DNA from: Eledone cirrhosa | Lineage: Eukaryota | DNA length: 64,000 nucleotides | Reading direction: 5' to 3' | NCBI GenBank assembly: GCA_964016885.1 | Contig: OZ024740.1 | Coordinates: 74,710,001-74,774,000 of the forward strand | Shown: piece after piece, positions 11,654-23,984 of the stretch | Position numbering within the stretch: position 1 is the first letter of the stretch | Layout: each line of letters starts with the position of its first letter | Notes under the pieces: generated by a model | Told to the model about the DNA's origin: nothing | The model's database searches: none | Seen by the model: only the letters and a program-made list of their open reading frames with translations | Translations under genes and position numbers: made by a program

Positions 11654-12039
11654 AAAAAAATCAATCTGTGAGCGCAGAAGTAAATATTTCGAAAAACATT
11701 GCAACCAAAGGAAAACAGGAAGATCATACTTTGGTTCGTGAAGACGTTCACTGTCAATGAACGGAAAAAAGCGAAGATAATACGTCAGCAATGAGAACAA
11801 TATTTGCTCTAGGGTTCTTATATATTTATCCTTATTGGCCCTCTTTGGATTTTATTCTTCACATTTATTATTATTACTAATTATATATATATATATATAT
11901 ATATATGTGTAGGAGGTGAGTTTTTATTGTAGTACAATAAAGCAATGCAGATATCGGATAAGAAGCACTCTACATATCATATGTTGATTTAAAACTGCAC
12001 TATTCACAAGTGTTCTTTAACCTTCATATCATGCCTTCC

Positions 12040-12110
12040 TATTTTATCTGATGAAAACACAAATGTTATTGCATGATGATATTTGTTTTTGAAATGCGCA
12101 TAATAAAATA
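12040..12110 (+). ncRNA. Minimal type I hammerhead, palindromic stem III, AUA site
   Basis: TATTTTAT CTGATGA [CAAATGTT..GATATTTG stem] GAAA TGCGCA TA ATAAAATA. Confidence 0.7.
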
Positions 12111-12140
12111 CATGGAACTCTTTTAACCATCTTTTGATCT

Positions 12141-12197
<57 letters not shown>

Positions 12198-12547
12198 ATT
12201 ATTGAGAGGGCGGGCGGTATCTTTGCACTGAATTGGTTAGAAGCAAAGTCAATGCAGACAGGCCGCCAGACAGACGGATATTATAAGCGTGCGACGTTAT
12301 AGCTATGTATCTAATGCAGACACCAAACATACAGAGACATATTATAAGGGCGCGACGTTATAGCTATGTATCTATCTAAAAAGACAGACTAAGAAAGAGA
12401 GGGTAATGTCGTATAACCGGAAGTGTTGACATTTGAAAATTTTAAAGAAGTGAATATTTAAATAAAAGATAAAATATCTTTAATCTTTTAACGAAATTTA
12501 GAAGACAAAAATACCCTCTTACTTGGAAAAAGTTACATCTATGGTAG

Positions 12548-13563
12548 ATAGAGATGCCTACTGACTGTAGTAGGTTTTTACTTTGTATTTAGGTAAGGCG
12601 GGTCTTCTCTATTACTAAGTACCGCCAAAGGTCTCGGTCCAGTGACATTGTCTTGGAGAGGTGTAAGCGTGTGAGGTCGGAATTTATCAGCTCGTCCCAT
12701 GTTTTTCTGGGTTTGCCTACTCCGTGGCTACCGTCTATCTTTATTGCCCTGCACTTTGTTATACAGCTGTCGTCTTTCATGCGCATCACGTGACCGTACC
12801 AACGTAGCCTTCTCTCGAGTAAACAACATCTGATCCCTCTTATTTCTAATTTTTTCCTTAGTTTGTTTATGCTTTGCCGTTCACGTATATTACTATTGCA
12901 CATCCAGCGGAGCATGCAAGCTTCGTTCCTCTCTAGTCTGCGTATATCCTCTGCACACAATGCCCAGGTCTCACTGCCATGCAGCATTGCTGTTCGTATG
13001 CAGGCATCGTATAACCTGCCTTTCATTTTTAGGGAGAACCCTCTAGTGGCTAATAGTGGTATAAGCTCTCTGAACTTTTTCCATCGCGTTCTGACTCTAG
13101 CTACTGTACTTTCAGAGCACCCTCCCCCACTGCTGATTTTGTCACCCAGGTAACGGAAGCTGTCCACTATTTCTATAGAACCCTCTGCGCAGTTGAAGGA
13201 GCTAGTATTTTGTGGGCACTTGCTGCTATTTATTGCACCAGAGCACCGGCCACATGTAAAATCTATGTTCTTAGTTAGCTTACCTGTGATCCCACTACAT
13301 CTTTTATGCACCCATACTTTGCATTTGGGACATCAAATGGAGTTTCTACCTACGCCTTTCCTACACACTGAGCATGGCCATTTCCCAGATGGGACTGCCG
13401 CCTTATTTTCTTTCCTACAAACTAGAACTTTAGTCTTAGCCAGGTTAATTTAGGTCGGAGCAAGACAACCACTCTTGCCTCAAGTGGGAAAACCCCCGTC
13501 CAAACCCATGCAAGCGTGGAACACGGACGCTAAACCTGATGATGATGATGATGATGATGATGA
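12548..13563. mobile_element. RTE LINE insertion with 5' inversion (ORF part minus 12548-13452, tail plus 13455-13563)
   Basis: Both parts match the colinear copy at 26266-26828 but lie in opposite orientations. ORF 12589-13311 encodes a PHD-like Cys/His cluster and the RT thumb. Confidence 0.85.
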
Positions 13564-13994
13564 TATATACGTAAGCAAGACTGTTATTGCTCTAACCAGT
13601 CTATTCACCTTCAATAACTACCTTAAATATACATTCACTTATACTATACATATATAGAACAAACGTAAGCAATCATCAAATCTCCTATGTATAAAAAATG
13701 CACTCAGAAAACAAAGCCAACAATAAAAACCATCTAGTGGACAAAACTTGGATTCCAAACTAGTAAAAATTACATTCGTAAAAACCGACCTAATCATTAA
13801 CTAAATGTCTATATTAGAGCTAAGACATACACCCAAAATCCCTACCTCAGACATCTACATACCCTAGCCCTTTACCGCCCTAAAATAAGTATGGGGGAGA
13901 CAAACTTTTTCAAGCTACTGCTGTCATATATATAATAATAATAATTAATACAAAGACCAAAATCTAGAGAGGGCTTGATAAATATTGTATATAT

Positions 13995-16080
13995 GACGCT
14001 GATAAGAAGGTAGCTTGGAAGTGTCACTACGAGAGGCTACTAAATGAGGAGAATAAATGGGAAAAAGATAGTCTTCCCCACATCGACCCAATAGAGGGAC
14101 CAGCAGTGCAAGTTGAAGGTAGTATAATAAGTAAGGCAATCAAACATATGAAGACAGGCACGGCAGCTGGGCCTTCGGAGATAGTTGCTGAAATGCTGAA
14201 AGCATCTGGAACGGTGGGACACACTATGGTCACCCGGATAGTAAACCAAGTCATACAGAACGGGGTCATACCAAATGACTGGCGTAGCAGCACCATCATT
14301 AACTACTACAAGGGTAAAGGAGATGTCCCAGATAGGGGAAACTATAGAGGCATTAAATTAATTGACCAGGTCATGAAGGTCACAGAAAAAGTAATAGCGC
14401 AACTAATCAGACAGCAAATTGATCTAGATGAAATGCAGTTTGGGTTTGTGTCAGGTAAAAGTACCACGACAACTACAGGAGAAGTACCTAGTTAAAAGTA
14501 AACCCCTATACTTAGCTTTTGTTGACTTGGAGAAAGCATTTGACAGAGACCCCCGCGTCATTATCTGATGGGCCCTTAGAAAACTAGGCGTTGATGAATG
14601 GCTTCTGAGAGCTATACAAGCCATGTATAAAGAAACAGTCAGCAAGGTTAGAATTAACAACGAATATAGTAAAGAATTTAGCGTAAAAGTTGGTGTTCAT
14701 CAGGGCTCTGTCCTTAGCCCCCTCCTATTTATTATTGCCCTTCAGGCTATAACAGAGGAGTTCAAGACCTGCTGCTCATGGGAACTTCTCTATGCAGATG
14801 ATCTAACGCTCATAGCTGAGTCGATGGCTGAACTAGAGAAGAAATTCCAAACATGGAGGCATGGCCTAGAATCAAAAGGCCTTAAAGTTAACTTGTCTAA
14901 GAGTTCTAGTATGTAGGAAGGAAAATAGTGCACAGGTCCCCTCTGGGAAATGACCATGCTCAGTGTGTAGGAAAGGAGTAGGCAGAAACTCCATTTTATG
15001 TCCCAAATGCAAAGTATGGGTGCATAAAAGATGTAGTGGGATCACAGGTAAGCTATCTAAGAACGTAGATTTTATATGTGGCCAGTGCTCAGGTGCAATA
15101 AGTAGCAGCAAGTGCCCACAGAATACTAACTCATTCCATTGCACAGAGGGTTCTATAGAAATAGTGGACAGCTTCCGTTACCTGGGTGACAAAATCAGCA
15201 GTGGGGGAGGGTGCTCTGAAAGTACAGTAGCTAGAGTCAGAACGGGATGGAAAAAGTTCAGAGAGCTTATACCTCTATTGGCCGCTAAAGGTTTCTCTCT
15301 AAAAATGAAAGGCATATGAACAGCTATGTTACATCGCAGTGAGACATAGGCATTGTGTGCAGAGGAACGAAGCATGCATGCTCCTCTGGATGTGTAATAG
15401 TAATATACGTGAACAGCAAAGCATAAATGAACTAAGTGAGAAATTAGGAATAAGAGCGATCAGATGCTGTTTACTCGAAAGAAGACTACGTTGGTATGGT
15501 CACGTGATGCGCATGAAAGACGACAGCTGTATAAAAAAGTGCAGGGCGATCAAAATTGACGGAAGTTACGGAGTAGGCAGACCCAGAAAAACCTGGGATG
15601 ATTTGATAAATTCCGACCTTACACACTTACACCTCTCTAAGACAATGTCACTGGACCGAGATCTTTGGCGCTACGCAGTAATACAGAAAACCCGCCTTGC
15701 ATAAGTACAAAGCGAAACGTACAGTCAGTAGGCACCCCATCCCACTACCCCAACTCCCCACTCCACCCCCATCAACACCACCCCTTTCTCTGTAAAGTTA
15801 TGTTGGTACCACAACATCCAGTCCTAAATAAATGAGGTTGTGTAGGTGTCACGACAAAAAAAAAAACACACAGTCCACGCTGTAATGTGGCCATGTAGGT
15901 AACACGGTAAAACCTCCCAGTCCACACTGTAAACGTGGTTGGTGTTAGGAAGGGCATCCAGCCATAGAAAACCTGCCAGACAGTCCTATACGAGCGAGAC
16001 GACCAATCTTGCCTCAAGTGGGACAATTCCTGTCTAAACCCATGCTAAAGTGGAAGATAGACGTTAAACGATGATGATGA
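13995..16080 (+). mobile_element. 5'-truncated RTE LINE (RT, PHD-like finger, 3' UTR, (GAT)n tail), frameshifted
   Basis: NYRGIKL, MQFGF, GVHQGSVLSPLLF, LLYADD, CxxCxxWVHKRC and RRLRWYGHV motifs. Confidence 0.93.
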
Positions 16081-16133
16081 TATACGTATATATAAGCCCG
16101 TAGAGCAAATATGTATTATTAGAACTGATTAAA

Positions 16134-16184
16134 AGTTTAAGCAAATAGTTTCTACTTTCGCCATAAGTGAGATCATCTGAAACT
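16134..16184 (-). ncRNA. Diverged hammerhead-like fold with CAGATGA core
   Basis: AGTTT CAGATGA ...GGC GAAA GTAGA AACTA TTTGC TT AAACT. Homologous to 11603-11653. Confidence 0.5.
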
Positions 16185-17102
16185 GACAAATATCAATCTG
16201 TGGCCACAAAAATACATATTTCAAAAACATTATGACCAAATATTGACTTTAGAAAATAGAAAGGCATAACGGTAGCATGTAAGGATGTTTTCTTGAGATG
16301 AGTGAAATGCATGCAAGGAGAATTATGTCATTAGGTGAAGTGGGAAGTTCATATTCTTGCTATGAAAAAATCAGGAGACTAATATTCTTTTTAGAATAGC
16401 TGAATAATTTCCAGCTACCATATATAGAAAATAATAACAATATTTCTCATATTAATAGTATCGATCAAACTGCACTCACAATGCATTAATCAACCTAAAG
16501 CTATGGTAGAAACACCAAAGTACCACGCAGTGAAACTGAGCACATCACGTGGCTGCAAAGTGAACTCCTTAACCACACAACCGTACCTGTGTCTATGTCT
16601 GTCTGCTTATTTTGCCTGAAGAAGTATTGAGAAGTATTATAAAGAAAACTGTAACTCGAATGATTAGTAAGATAATAAATTGAACAAAACTAAAGGTCAA
16701 GACATTGTTTTATAGTGATATAGTTATCTAATAAGTAGATCCATTCCCTCCACCCAGTTACTTTTTCCAATGTATATATTAAGAAGAAGTGATTTTTCTT
16801 TTAGTATTATGGCTAACTGTTCTTCACTAATTTTAGACATGAAGTGGGAGTGGTACTTTTTATTTCAGCTTATATACTTAATTAACAGTATGCTTCATTA
16901 AAAAAATTATTCTATTTCTGTATCAGCATAGACTAACTACTGCAACTTACACACCTGCAGATGCATTTAAGTGCAATTGTGTGGGTTGATAGTTTAAGGA
17001 GGGCTGATAAGGTTATCTACTGGAGAGATTTTTTTCTGTTTGTTTCTATTGTCAAATTAGAAATGCAGTTATTGGTTGCCAAATATTATATTATTAGTAT
17101 GT

Positions 17103-17291
17103 GGTAGATTGGCCGTATCGGTAGAGGGTCGGACGCCATGCTTTGCAGCGTGGAGTTACGCTCCTTTATGATCTGAGTTCAAATCCCGCCGAGGTTAACT
17201 TTGCCGTTCATCCTTACAGGGTCGATAAAATAAAGTACCAGTAATGCACTGGGATAATGGCTGGCCTTGTGCCAAAAGTAGAAACAATTAA
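17103..17291 (+). mobile_element. tRNA-derived SINE with Meta/Sauria-like central domain
   Basis: GAGTTCAAATCCCGCCGAGGTTAACTTTGCC..TCATCCTT..GGGTCGATAAAATAAAGTACCAG. Near-identical copies at 42706-42890 (-) and 54335-54513 (+). Confidence 0.85.
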
Positions 17292-17974
17292 TTAGTATGT
17301 GGTATTGCTGATTCATCATCACTCTCTCTCTTTTCCTGCTGGCATAGGTCAGACAGTCATTACAGTCAGAGTCAGTTCTTTTTGGGAGTTACGGTCCTCC
17401 TAGACATACCAGAGGACCATGTTTCACTCATACATTCCTAGCACCAACTACTTTACAGAATTTATTGGATGTATTGTACTAGCGCTAGAGAGGATGCCAT
17501 GACCTTGGAAAGACTAAATGGTTTTTTTCTACACTAAAGCAGTCTCTTCATTGACTGCTATTTCTAAAACTTCAATACAACACTGAGTAAATAATGACCT
17601 TGTTTTGTATGTCAGATTATAAATTTTAAGAACTAAAATCAGTGGTACCATAAAGTTGATGAGAAGCGAACTGAAAGCATTGGGATAAATATAGTAAGTT
17701 GAACAAGCTGACAAATAATCTGTCACATGAATATGTTTGCAAGAGACTTGGCATACCCATTGTAGTTTATAAGTTCGTATATAGGTATGAAAGTTGTAGC
17801 TACATCATATAGATGCTCACACTTCTATCTAGATTTGAAACAATGGGATCTAAAAGTGTATGTGACCACATTTAAGGTATAAGTTAGTTGCAAGAATTGC
17901 TAAAATGTAGCAACAGCTGGAATGCCACTTCCCATTTGTATTAGAAATGGAGAAGGCATGAACTTAGTCGTGTA

Positions 17975-18160
17975 TGAGGAGGTGCTGAAAAGTTCCAGAC
18001 TTTAAGGGTTTCGTGAAAGAGTAGAGCTGTTACCTTTACTGGGGAGGTAGGACCGCTGCACTGTGAATCTGAGAGGGGAATATGTTGAATAAAATCATAA
18101 TTAACTGATCCTCCCGTATTTTCTTTTATCCAAAGCCAGGAACTTTTCAGCACACCCTCT
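17975..18160. mobile_element. Tc1/mariner MITE
   Basis: TA-flanked TIRs GAGG..GTGCTGAAAAGTTCC / GGAACTTTTCAGCAC..CCTC. Confidence 0.8.
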
Positions 18161-21100
18161 TATACAGAGTATAGAAGCACTGACAGAAGATTTAGAATCA
18201 ACTGCACTTTATTTAACAGAATACTTAACAACATAATCAACTTTGAATATAAGTTTATGAACTGAGTGGAATACAAACTGTAAATAGTGGATAAAGCCTG
18301 GTATTTAGGTGACATAAATAATGCCAGGGATGTAACTAGTGATAGCATTTATAAAAATGGTTTATTTTTTTGTACAAAAGACAGGCTATAAGCTCATTGG
18401 CTAGGCTTACAGAACTTAAGTATTCAATACAGAAGCTCTGTAAGTTGATTATAATCTGTTCAGCATACAATGTTAACCTATGAGAAAGAATGCAAGAGGT
18501 ATGCCAATTTGCACAGACATGTAATGCAAATAAATAATAGAGGGTGGCATCATTGTTGATGGTAGGCATTTCAGTGGTATCATGTTTTGACAGAAATCAC
18601 AACTGAGATGACGCATAGATGTTGTATTACTGGTTTGTCTAACTCATGCTAGACATTAAAATAGATGATTGCAACAGCAACAGTGGTGATGGCAGATATG
18701 TTAATAAGGGCCACACCATCATCCTTATCCTCATGTCTGTTGTCTCATGCTAGCATTGTTTGGACAGGACTGCAATAGAGCATATCATCATTTCTCTCAA
18801 TTCTGTATAATCTTATTTTGAAATCTGAGACTTAAACTTTTGGGACATCACCTTTTCTTTCCATATGTCCTACTAGGGGTATCTTTCACTCTTAGCACAC
18901 ACTACAGTTCCCCTTATTTGTTGTCCATTTGCATCATCATCATCATCATTTTAACGTTCACTTTCCCTGCTACCAAGGGCTGGACAGGTCCATCAGAACA
19001 AATCAGTACTGAAGTAGAGCCACTGATCTCCCAGGTAGGCCAGGGACCTGTGTCTCACATTCTACTGAATGCTCGGAAGAGGTTACCATGCCTTTGACAC
19101 AACTGAGGGCCCTCCCAACTCTTTGTTTGGCAAGATTTCTACGGCTGGATGCCCTTGCTATCACCAACCACTTTACAGCGTATACTGGGTGCGTTTATAG
19201 TGTAAATCACCAACACTAGGGAGGTTGTCATGTCCTTGACATGACTGAAGAGTCCTCTCAACCCTTTGTCTGGCAAGCTTTCTATGGCTGGATGCCCTTC
19301 CTATCACCACCATGTTACAGCATCAGGTGTTGAATTGTCAGACGCATTAGAGTATCTGATACAATACCCTGTGAAATTTATTCTAACTACTTGTGTGTGG
19401 AATATTGCGGAAGTCTGCTTTACCTTTCATCTTTTTGGTGTCAATAAATAAAGTAGCAATTTGGAGTAGGAAACGAGAGGAATTATTAGAACATCGAATG
19501 GGATACTTTGTAGCATTTGTTCCAATTCTTTGGATTCTAAGTTCAAATTGCACTATGGGCTACTTGGCTGGCAGAATACAATTCGTTGCTTGGTTTAACA
19601 CCACCGTTTGGCTTTTGGGTTCTTTTAGCAAAGTCCACTCTGTTGGAAGCATTCAAACCAGGTTTTCAGTTTAAAGATACCTTTTGCCTTCCTCCCACAG
19701 ATCTCAGAAGCCCTGAAAAGAGTCATGGGCACTGCCCTTCCTCCTGACTAGGTGATAAACAAACAAAACACATGTCTAATTAATACAATAATATCTTCAC
19801 ACATTGGCTTATGCCCCTAAAGTGCATTTGCTCCTTCAGTTTAATTTGTGCTTCATCTTTCATGCAAATTAATGTTGCATAACCAATTAAACACACTTGA
19901 TTCTTTTTTTTTATCAGTATCTAAAAATATTCTATATTCAATATTTCACAAACAAGCAGCACCACACTTTTTCATACAATCAACTTTTTGCATGGAGAGA
20001 GAAGCACTTTATTATATCAGATCCCTGAACGTCTTCAATCATTCTCTTCCTCGAGCTTTTATACTTTCTCTATAAGCACCCTCAATGACTTAGGTAACAG
20101 AATTCACCTACTATTTCTAGTGACCAATCTAAATAATTTATAGGTTCCTACTGCTCCTTACACATGTATATAGAGCATATTTGAAGTCCTGGTTCCTAGT
20201 AATCTTATCTTTTGTATACTCATTACTTCCACTGGTTGCATAGTTTTTGATTCCTATCAACACCATTCAAACAAAGCCACTTCATTATTATTTTTGTGTC
20301 TACTTTCTATACTGGCAAGATTGGATGTGTCCTTACAGTTTGAGTTAGTTCTTTTTCCAAATTACTACCCTCATTGACTGGTTGGGGAGACCATGTCTTG
20401 CTATATATTTTGGTATAATAATAATAATTCCATGCATCTTTTTCTCCCCTGTCACTTTTCTCAATGGCATACTGGTTCATACAAAACATACTGTTTTGCA
20501 ATTCCAAATACTTCCTAGCTGTTTTTATACAGTACAGAACATTAACAGACTGAATTGGTATTAGTGTTAAAGGACTAGACCAAATGCTTACTGACTTTTT
20601 GCATTCTGCAATTCTGCCAAGGTCAATTTTGTTTTTCATCTTTCTGGAGTTGATAAATAAAATATCAATCTAGGGTACTGGTCTAGTAGAATCACTTGAG
20701 TGTTGGACAGGATTCCTTGCAGTATTTGTTTGTGTTTTGTATCAAAATTCAACTGTGGCTTACTTGAGTAGCAGACTTAATTGGTGATCTAGTTTAACAA
20801 ATCCACCTGGTTCACTAGTACTTTTAGTAGAGTTCATCTTGTTGCAAGCAGTCAGATGAGATCCCCCACTTAAGGAAATCTTCCTTCCTCCCTCCTACAA
20901 ATCATAAAGGCTCTGAAAATAGTCATGACCACTGTCCTTTCTCCTGACTAAGTGATAAAAAAAATAAGTCTTATACTCTATTTCTTTCATGACAAAGTAA
21001 ACTTTGATATTGTTCCACTCTACTCAGTCTTCCATTCCTTTCAGAGCTGCCACTTAGCTTTTATACCTATACTATTCCACTACTAGGTTGCTCTCTGCTT

Positions 21101-21399
21101 AGCTGCACCTTTGCTCCATTTACATAACTGTTTAGTGTCTTGCAGAGGCTGTCCCTTTAGGAAGACGTACTTTGATGATACTATTTTGATTTTGAGCTGA
21201 ATATTTCTCTATATATTTGCTCAGACAACACTTAATAGTCTAGTGGTTCCCAAACATTATGTCACTGAACCCTTATAAGATTTCCCTGTAACCAGGGCCT
21301 ACTCCTGGGTCTCCTGCCTTCATGACATCACAATGAAGTGTTTGAAGGCAAGTGCTGCCAATATTACCAAGAAGTACTCGTGGTATACATATATATATA

Positions 21400-22001
21400 T
21401 ATATTTTATCAAAGTTATATTGGTTCTGATCATCATTAGGTAATGCATTATTGGTTACTTCTATAGGTGTACAAACATGCCCCTTGTAAACATATTTACG
21501 AAATTCTTCTACATTACCATTAATATTAATTGTTGGGCCATTTCTCCTAAGATGCTCATTATGCATTCTATTCTGTCTGAAATTGTACAGTTCTTCAGCA
21601 TTCATGTTTTCTACTCTCAGTCTCTTTGCTGCTCGAGAAAACATAATTTCTCCTTTCCTGTTGTCTTAGTCTATCATGCTAAAAATATCCTTGGTGCTCC
21701 TTTGTTGCATATTATCTTTTCTTCCCTGTTGTCATAACCTTTGTTTCTCTAAATATATTTGACTTTCATCTTGAAGCATATTATCACTTTCTTGTTGTCT
21801 GAGTCTTTGTTCCACTAAATATTCTTGACGTTCTTCTAGTTGTATATTATCTCTTTCCTCCTGTTGTCTTAACCCTAACCCCTGTTGGTGTTGTCTTTTT
21901 TCTCTTTCTATTATTTCTTTTCGCTGTTCCTGTCTGATCTGTGCTCTATATCTGTGCAACCTTTCTCTAGCAGCTTGCAACTCACTTTCTTGTGAATCCA
22001 T
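21400..22001 (-). mobile_element. Possible Helitron/Helentron RepHel N-terminal fragment
   Basis: R/E/Q-rich coiled-coil repeats followed by FRKYVYKGHVC, resembling the F..GP..VC motif that precedes Helentron Rep. Broken by stops. Confidence 0.45.
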
Positions 22002-22134
22002 AGTTTTTATAGTTATAAGTGTCTCTGTCTATCTATATTACTTCCTAAAGACTTAATATAGATGTGGAAAGAAATATTATTTTAAACACTTCAAAACATA
22101 TAATAAATATTCAGTCAGTATTATTTAAAATTAG

Positions 22135-22272
22135 GCAGCAAATAGGCAGAGTCGTTAGAACGTTGGATAGAATGCTTTACAGTATTCATTCTGATTCTCT
22201 GCTCTCTGAGGTCAACTTTGCCTTTCATCCATTTAAGGTGGATAAAAAAGTACCAGTCTAGTACTGGGGTTG
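22135..22272 (+). mobile_element. Diverged tRNA-derived SINE (17103 family)
   Basis: GGCAGAGTCGTTAGA...GTCAACTTTGCCTTTCATCC...GATAAAAAAGTACCAG. Confidence 0.7.
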
Positions 22273-22648
22273 ATTCTTCCTCTGTATCTCTTTCTCACTT
22301 CCTTCTGGTCAAGAAATCTGCTGTATTCAGACCTGGAGAGCAGATAGGCTCTGCCAGGTTTTAAAATTCCCTAGAAATGTTGTATGTCAATATGGTGCCC
22401 ATACGACTCTCTCGAGGGTTACGGCTCCATACATACATTATTCAAAATTAACAAATATATTTATTTCTTGAATTTGTTTTAGTAAAATTTGTTTCAAGAA
22501 TATTCGAGAATAGAGAGATAGAAAGAAAGAAAGAGAGAGGGTGATAAAAAAAGCATGATATCTCACACACAGAAACACAAACGCACACACACCACACATG
22601 ACATGGTTTTTCAACAAGTGTGTGAATCGATGTTGACAGCTATGTACT

Positions 22649-22788
22649 TAAAATTGATGCCTTTTTAATGAAAATTTGGCTATAACCATAGCAACCACCA
22701 CAACTCAAGCTATATATATATATATAGTTTGAGTTGTGGTGGTTGCTATGGTTATAGCCAAATTTTCATTAAAAAGGCATAAATTTTA
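22649..22788. repeat. 140-bp palindrome centred on a (TA)n tract
   Basis: Arms are reverse-complementary with two mismatches seen. The self-complementary (TA)n forms the axis. Confidence 0.95.
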
Positions 22789-22805
22789 TATATATATATA
22801 TGAAT

Positions 22806-23785
22806 CATCATCATCATCATTGTTTAATGTCTATCTTCTACACATGGGTTAGATGGGAGTTGTCCCACTTAAAGCAAGATTGGTTGGGTGACCGTGTCTC
22901 GCTCGTATAGGACTGTCTGGCAGGTTTTCTACGGCTGGATGCCCTTCCTAACACTAACCACAATTACAGTATGGACTGGGAGCTTTTTACTGTGTTACCT
23001 GCACAACCACATTACAGCGTGGACTGTGTTTTTTTTTTGTCATGACACCTACATGACCTCATTAGTTTGGACTGGATGTTGTGGTACCAACATAACTTTA
23101 TAGAGAAAGGGTGGTGTTGGCGGGAGTGGGAGGATGGAGTAGGGGTAGTGGGTTGAGGTGTATGTTTGGTTTGGAGGGGCCTACTGACTGTAGGCTAACT
23201 TTGCACGTAGGGAAGGCGGGTCTTCTGTATTACTGCGTGGTGTCAAAGATCTCGATCCAGTGACATTGTCTTAGAGAGGTGCAAGTGTGCAAGGTTGGAA
23301 TTTATCATGTCGTCCCAGGTTTTTCTGGGTCTACTTACTCTGTAACTTCCATCAATTTTGATCGCCCCGCACTTTTTATACAGCTGTCGTCTTTCATGTG
23401 CATCACGTGACCATACCAACGTAATCTTCTCTCAAGTAAATAGCATCTGATCCCTCTTATTCCTAATTTCTCACTTAGTTCATTTATGTTTTGCCGTTTG
23501 TGTATATTACTATTACACATCCAACAGAGCATGCATGCTTCGTTCCTTTCCAGTCTGCGCAGGTCCTCTGCACACAATGCCCATGTCTCACTGCCATGTC
23601 TCACTTGCTACTTATTGCACCTGAGCATCGGCCACATATAAAATCTACGTTCTTAGATAGCTTACCTGTGATCACACTACATCTTTTATGTATCCATAGT
23701 TTGTATTTGGGATATAGAATGGAATTTCTACCCACTCCTTTCCTACACACTGAGCATGGCCATTTCCCAGAGGGCACCTGTGCCC
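22806..23785 (-). mobile_element. 5'-truncated RTE LINE with internal deletion
   Basis: CRKGVGRNSI...HGSETWAL...RRLRWYGHV, followed by the 3' UTR and (GAT)n. Confidence 0.88.
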
Positions 23786-23869
23786 TAAGGTAAACGGAAA
23801 TAACAAAACAAACGACGCAGTACATGGAAGAAATATATTAGTTTAATGCTTGAAATATCAGGAAGAGAG

Positions 23870-23905
23870 TCTTAACGTTTCGGACACTAGTCCTTCATCG
23901 GAAGA
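23870..23905 (-). ncRNA. Minimal hammerhead motif, CCGATGA core variant
   Basis: TCTT CCGATGA A GGAC TAGT GTCC GAAACGTT AAGA, with palindromic AACGTT. Confidence 0.6.
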
Positions 23906-23984
23906 TAAATAGAAAGTAAAGAGTAAATAGAAGAAGGAACAGGGAAAAAGGGAGGAGAAAAAATGTGTGTAATCAGTCAGATAT

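Noticed and set aside
13536-13563. CTGATGA matches here and near 5895
   Set aside because: Part of (GAT)n tails or simple repeats, with no GAAA or stems.
17103-17291. tRNA gene
   Set aside because: A and B boxes belong to a multicopy SINE and no cloverleaf forms.
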